In this document: positions 63,039 through 64,000 of the stretch, one piece after another
Numbering within the stretch: the first letter of the stretch is position 1
How the letters are laid out: each line of letters opens with the position of its first letter
Virus record (IMG/VR): IMGVR_UViG_3300021964_000016
Direction: 5' to 3' (one strand)
Source of the DNA: a virus
DNA: 64,000 bases
Notes under the pieces: generated by a model
Seen by the model: only the letters and a program-made list of their open reading frames with translations
What the model was told of the DNA's origin: nothing
Databases searched by the model: none
Position numbers and translations under genes: made by a program

Positions 63039-63900
63039 ACCATTCCATTCTTTTTGTGTGGTATAATTTTGTGTAGTTTATCTCTTTCTTCATCTTCTCT
63101 GGAGATTCTGCCATTGAGTTTAGAAATCCATAGAACTGCCCTGGAAGCACAAATGCTGCTGAACCTGGATTAGTGTGTCTGATGCAATGATAGTTGTTGC
63201 CTGTTATACAGACAAATAACTTGCCAAAGTTTCTAGGAATTACATGCCACATACCATCATATCCAACACAAAAAGAACAATCCTTTATCTCTGAGTATGC
63301 TTTTCTGTAGGAGTCCCTATAGGTGAGTTCGACTATCTCATAATCAGGAAACATCAATGGAAGATCATTGTGAATAAACAGTCCCCAATCAATATTAACG
63401 ATTTTCATTTCTTGAGGAGATTCTCTGTTTTTCTCCCAACTCCACACAACAATTTTCTTCTTTGTTTCTCCAGACTCTTTAAATTCCCATTCTGCACTCC
63501 CAGAACTAATGCTAAAAGGAACCAAGCGATCTTTATGATGTTTGCCTATATGCAGAATGTCTTTTGCGCGATCACTCGGAACAATCCATCGAATCGGATT
63601 AATTTTTCTACGCAAACTGTGATTATGATGCGAATTATGATACTCAAAGAGATCTGATTCCCAGACATGAACTAGGTTCACTCTTTCAGAACCCCTTAAA
63701 TCTTGAAGAATCGTATGAGCACGTTCCCCTAGTTTCTCCGTGTCTTTTGGATGATAGAAAAAATCCTGTGATTCTTTCCAGTGATATTCAAGTTCAACAT
63801 CCACGTCATAGTGTTTTGCCCAAGCACAGGCACAGTTGAGCGAACTAAGCATATCGCCTGCACCTGGACCTGCCTTTGTCATGAGAATGTCTGTGGACAT
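63019..63900 (-). CDS. Glycosyltransferase-like (GT-B) protein
   Basis: GAGDML at the N-terminus; IKDCSFCVGYDGMWHVI resembles the GT9-type C-terminal motif. Confidence 0.45.
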   Translation of the reverse strand: MSTDILMTKAGPGAGDMLSSLNCACAWAKHYDVDVELEYHWKESQDFFYHPKDTEKLGERAHTILQDLRGSERVNLVHVWESDLFEYHNSHHNHSLRRKINPIRWIVPSDRAKDILHIGKHHKDRLVPFSISSGSAEWEFKESGETKKKIVVWSWEKNRESPQEMKIVNIDWGLFIHNDLPLMFPDYEIVELTYRDSYRKAYSEIKDCSFCVGYDGMWHVIPRNFGKLFVCITGNNYHCIRHTNPGSAAFVLPGQFYGFLNSMAESPEKMKKEINYTKLYHTKRMEWYGTLNG

Positions 63901-64000
63901 TAGTTCTTCTTGTATGCTTCAGGCATAAACTTCATCAGCGGAATCATTTCCTCACTGCGATATCCCTCTGCATGCAGAAGTTCTGGATAAAAACACTTCA
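63900..64000 (-). CDS. 3' end of a gene entering from the right edge
   Basis: ...KCFYPELLHAEGYRSEEMIPLMKFMPEAYKKN*, TAATG-coupled to the next gene. Confidence 0.55.
   Translation of the reverse strand, partial: KCFYPELLHAEGYRSEEMIPLMKFMPEAYKKN

Overview
A 64-kb segment of a T4-like myophage genome, probably marine or aquatic. The host is probably a Gram-negative proteobacterium, inferred from a spanin pair, IHF-like boxes, a TonB-box peptide and a PqqA peptide. Almost all genes lie on the minus strand. From left to right: (1) 1-22.9 kb, tail/baseplate module (DUF4815/VrlC-like, gp8, gp9/10-like, gp7, gp6, gp25, a gp5 region split over four genes, hub, gp53, gp48, gp4, tape-measure candidate, gp51, gp26, tail tube-like, gp2). 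(2) 23-25.5 kb, small secreted peptide, Hsp20, gp32, gp33. (3) 25.5-27.9 kb, small early genes. (4) 27.9-34.8 kb, a nine-gene glycosyl/methyl/sulfo/carbamoyl-transferase cluster. (5) 34.8-42.1 kb, lysozyme, PhoH, nucleases, a hidden 23-codon pqqA, a JmjC protein, nrdB and nrdA. (6) 42.2-52.3 kb, late genes for probable internal head proteins and enzymes, plus spanins. (7) 52.3-64 kb, early/accessory genes (dCMP deaminase, exonuclease, DenV-like, 2OG-Fe(II) oxygenases, radical SAM). Highlights the ORF track does not show: a phage pqqA; a probable -1 frameshift fusing gp26 to gp51 just upstream of the tape measure; a secreted TonB-box mimic; five early promoters each with an IHF-consensus box at invariant spacing; a gene-32 leader pseudoknot; a ROSE-like thermometer on hsp20; strong RGCY depletion. 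No tRNA, rRNA or CRISPR array was seen. All family calls come from motif recognition by eye, not from database searches.
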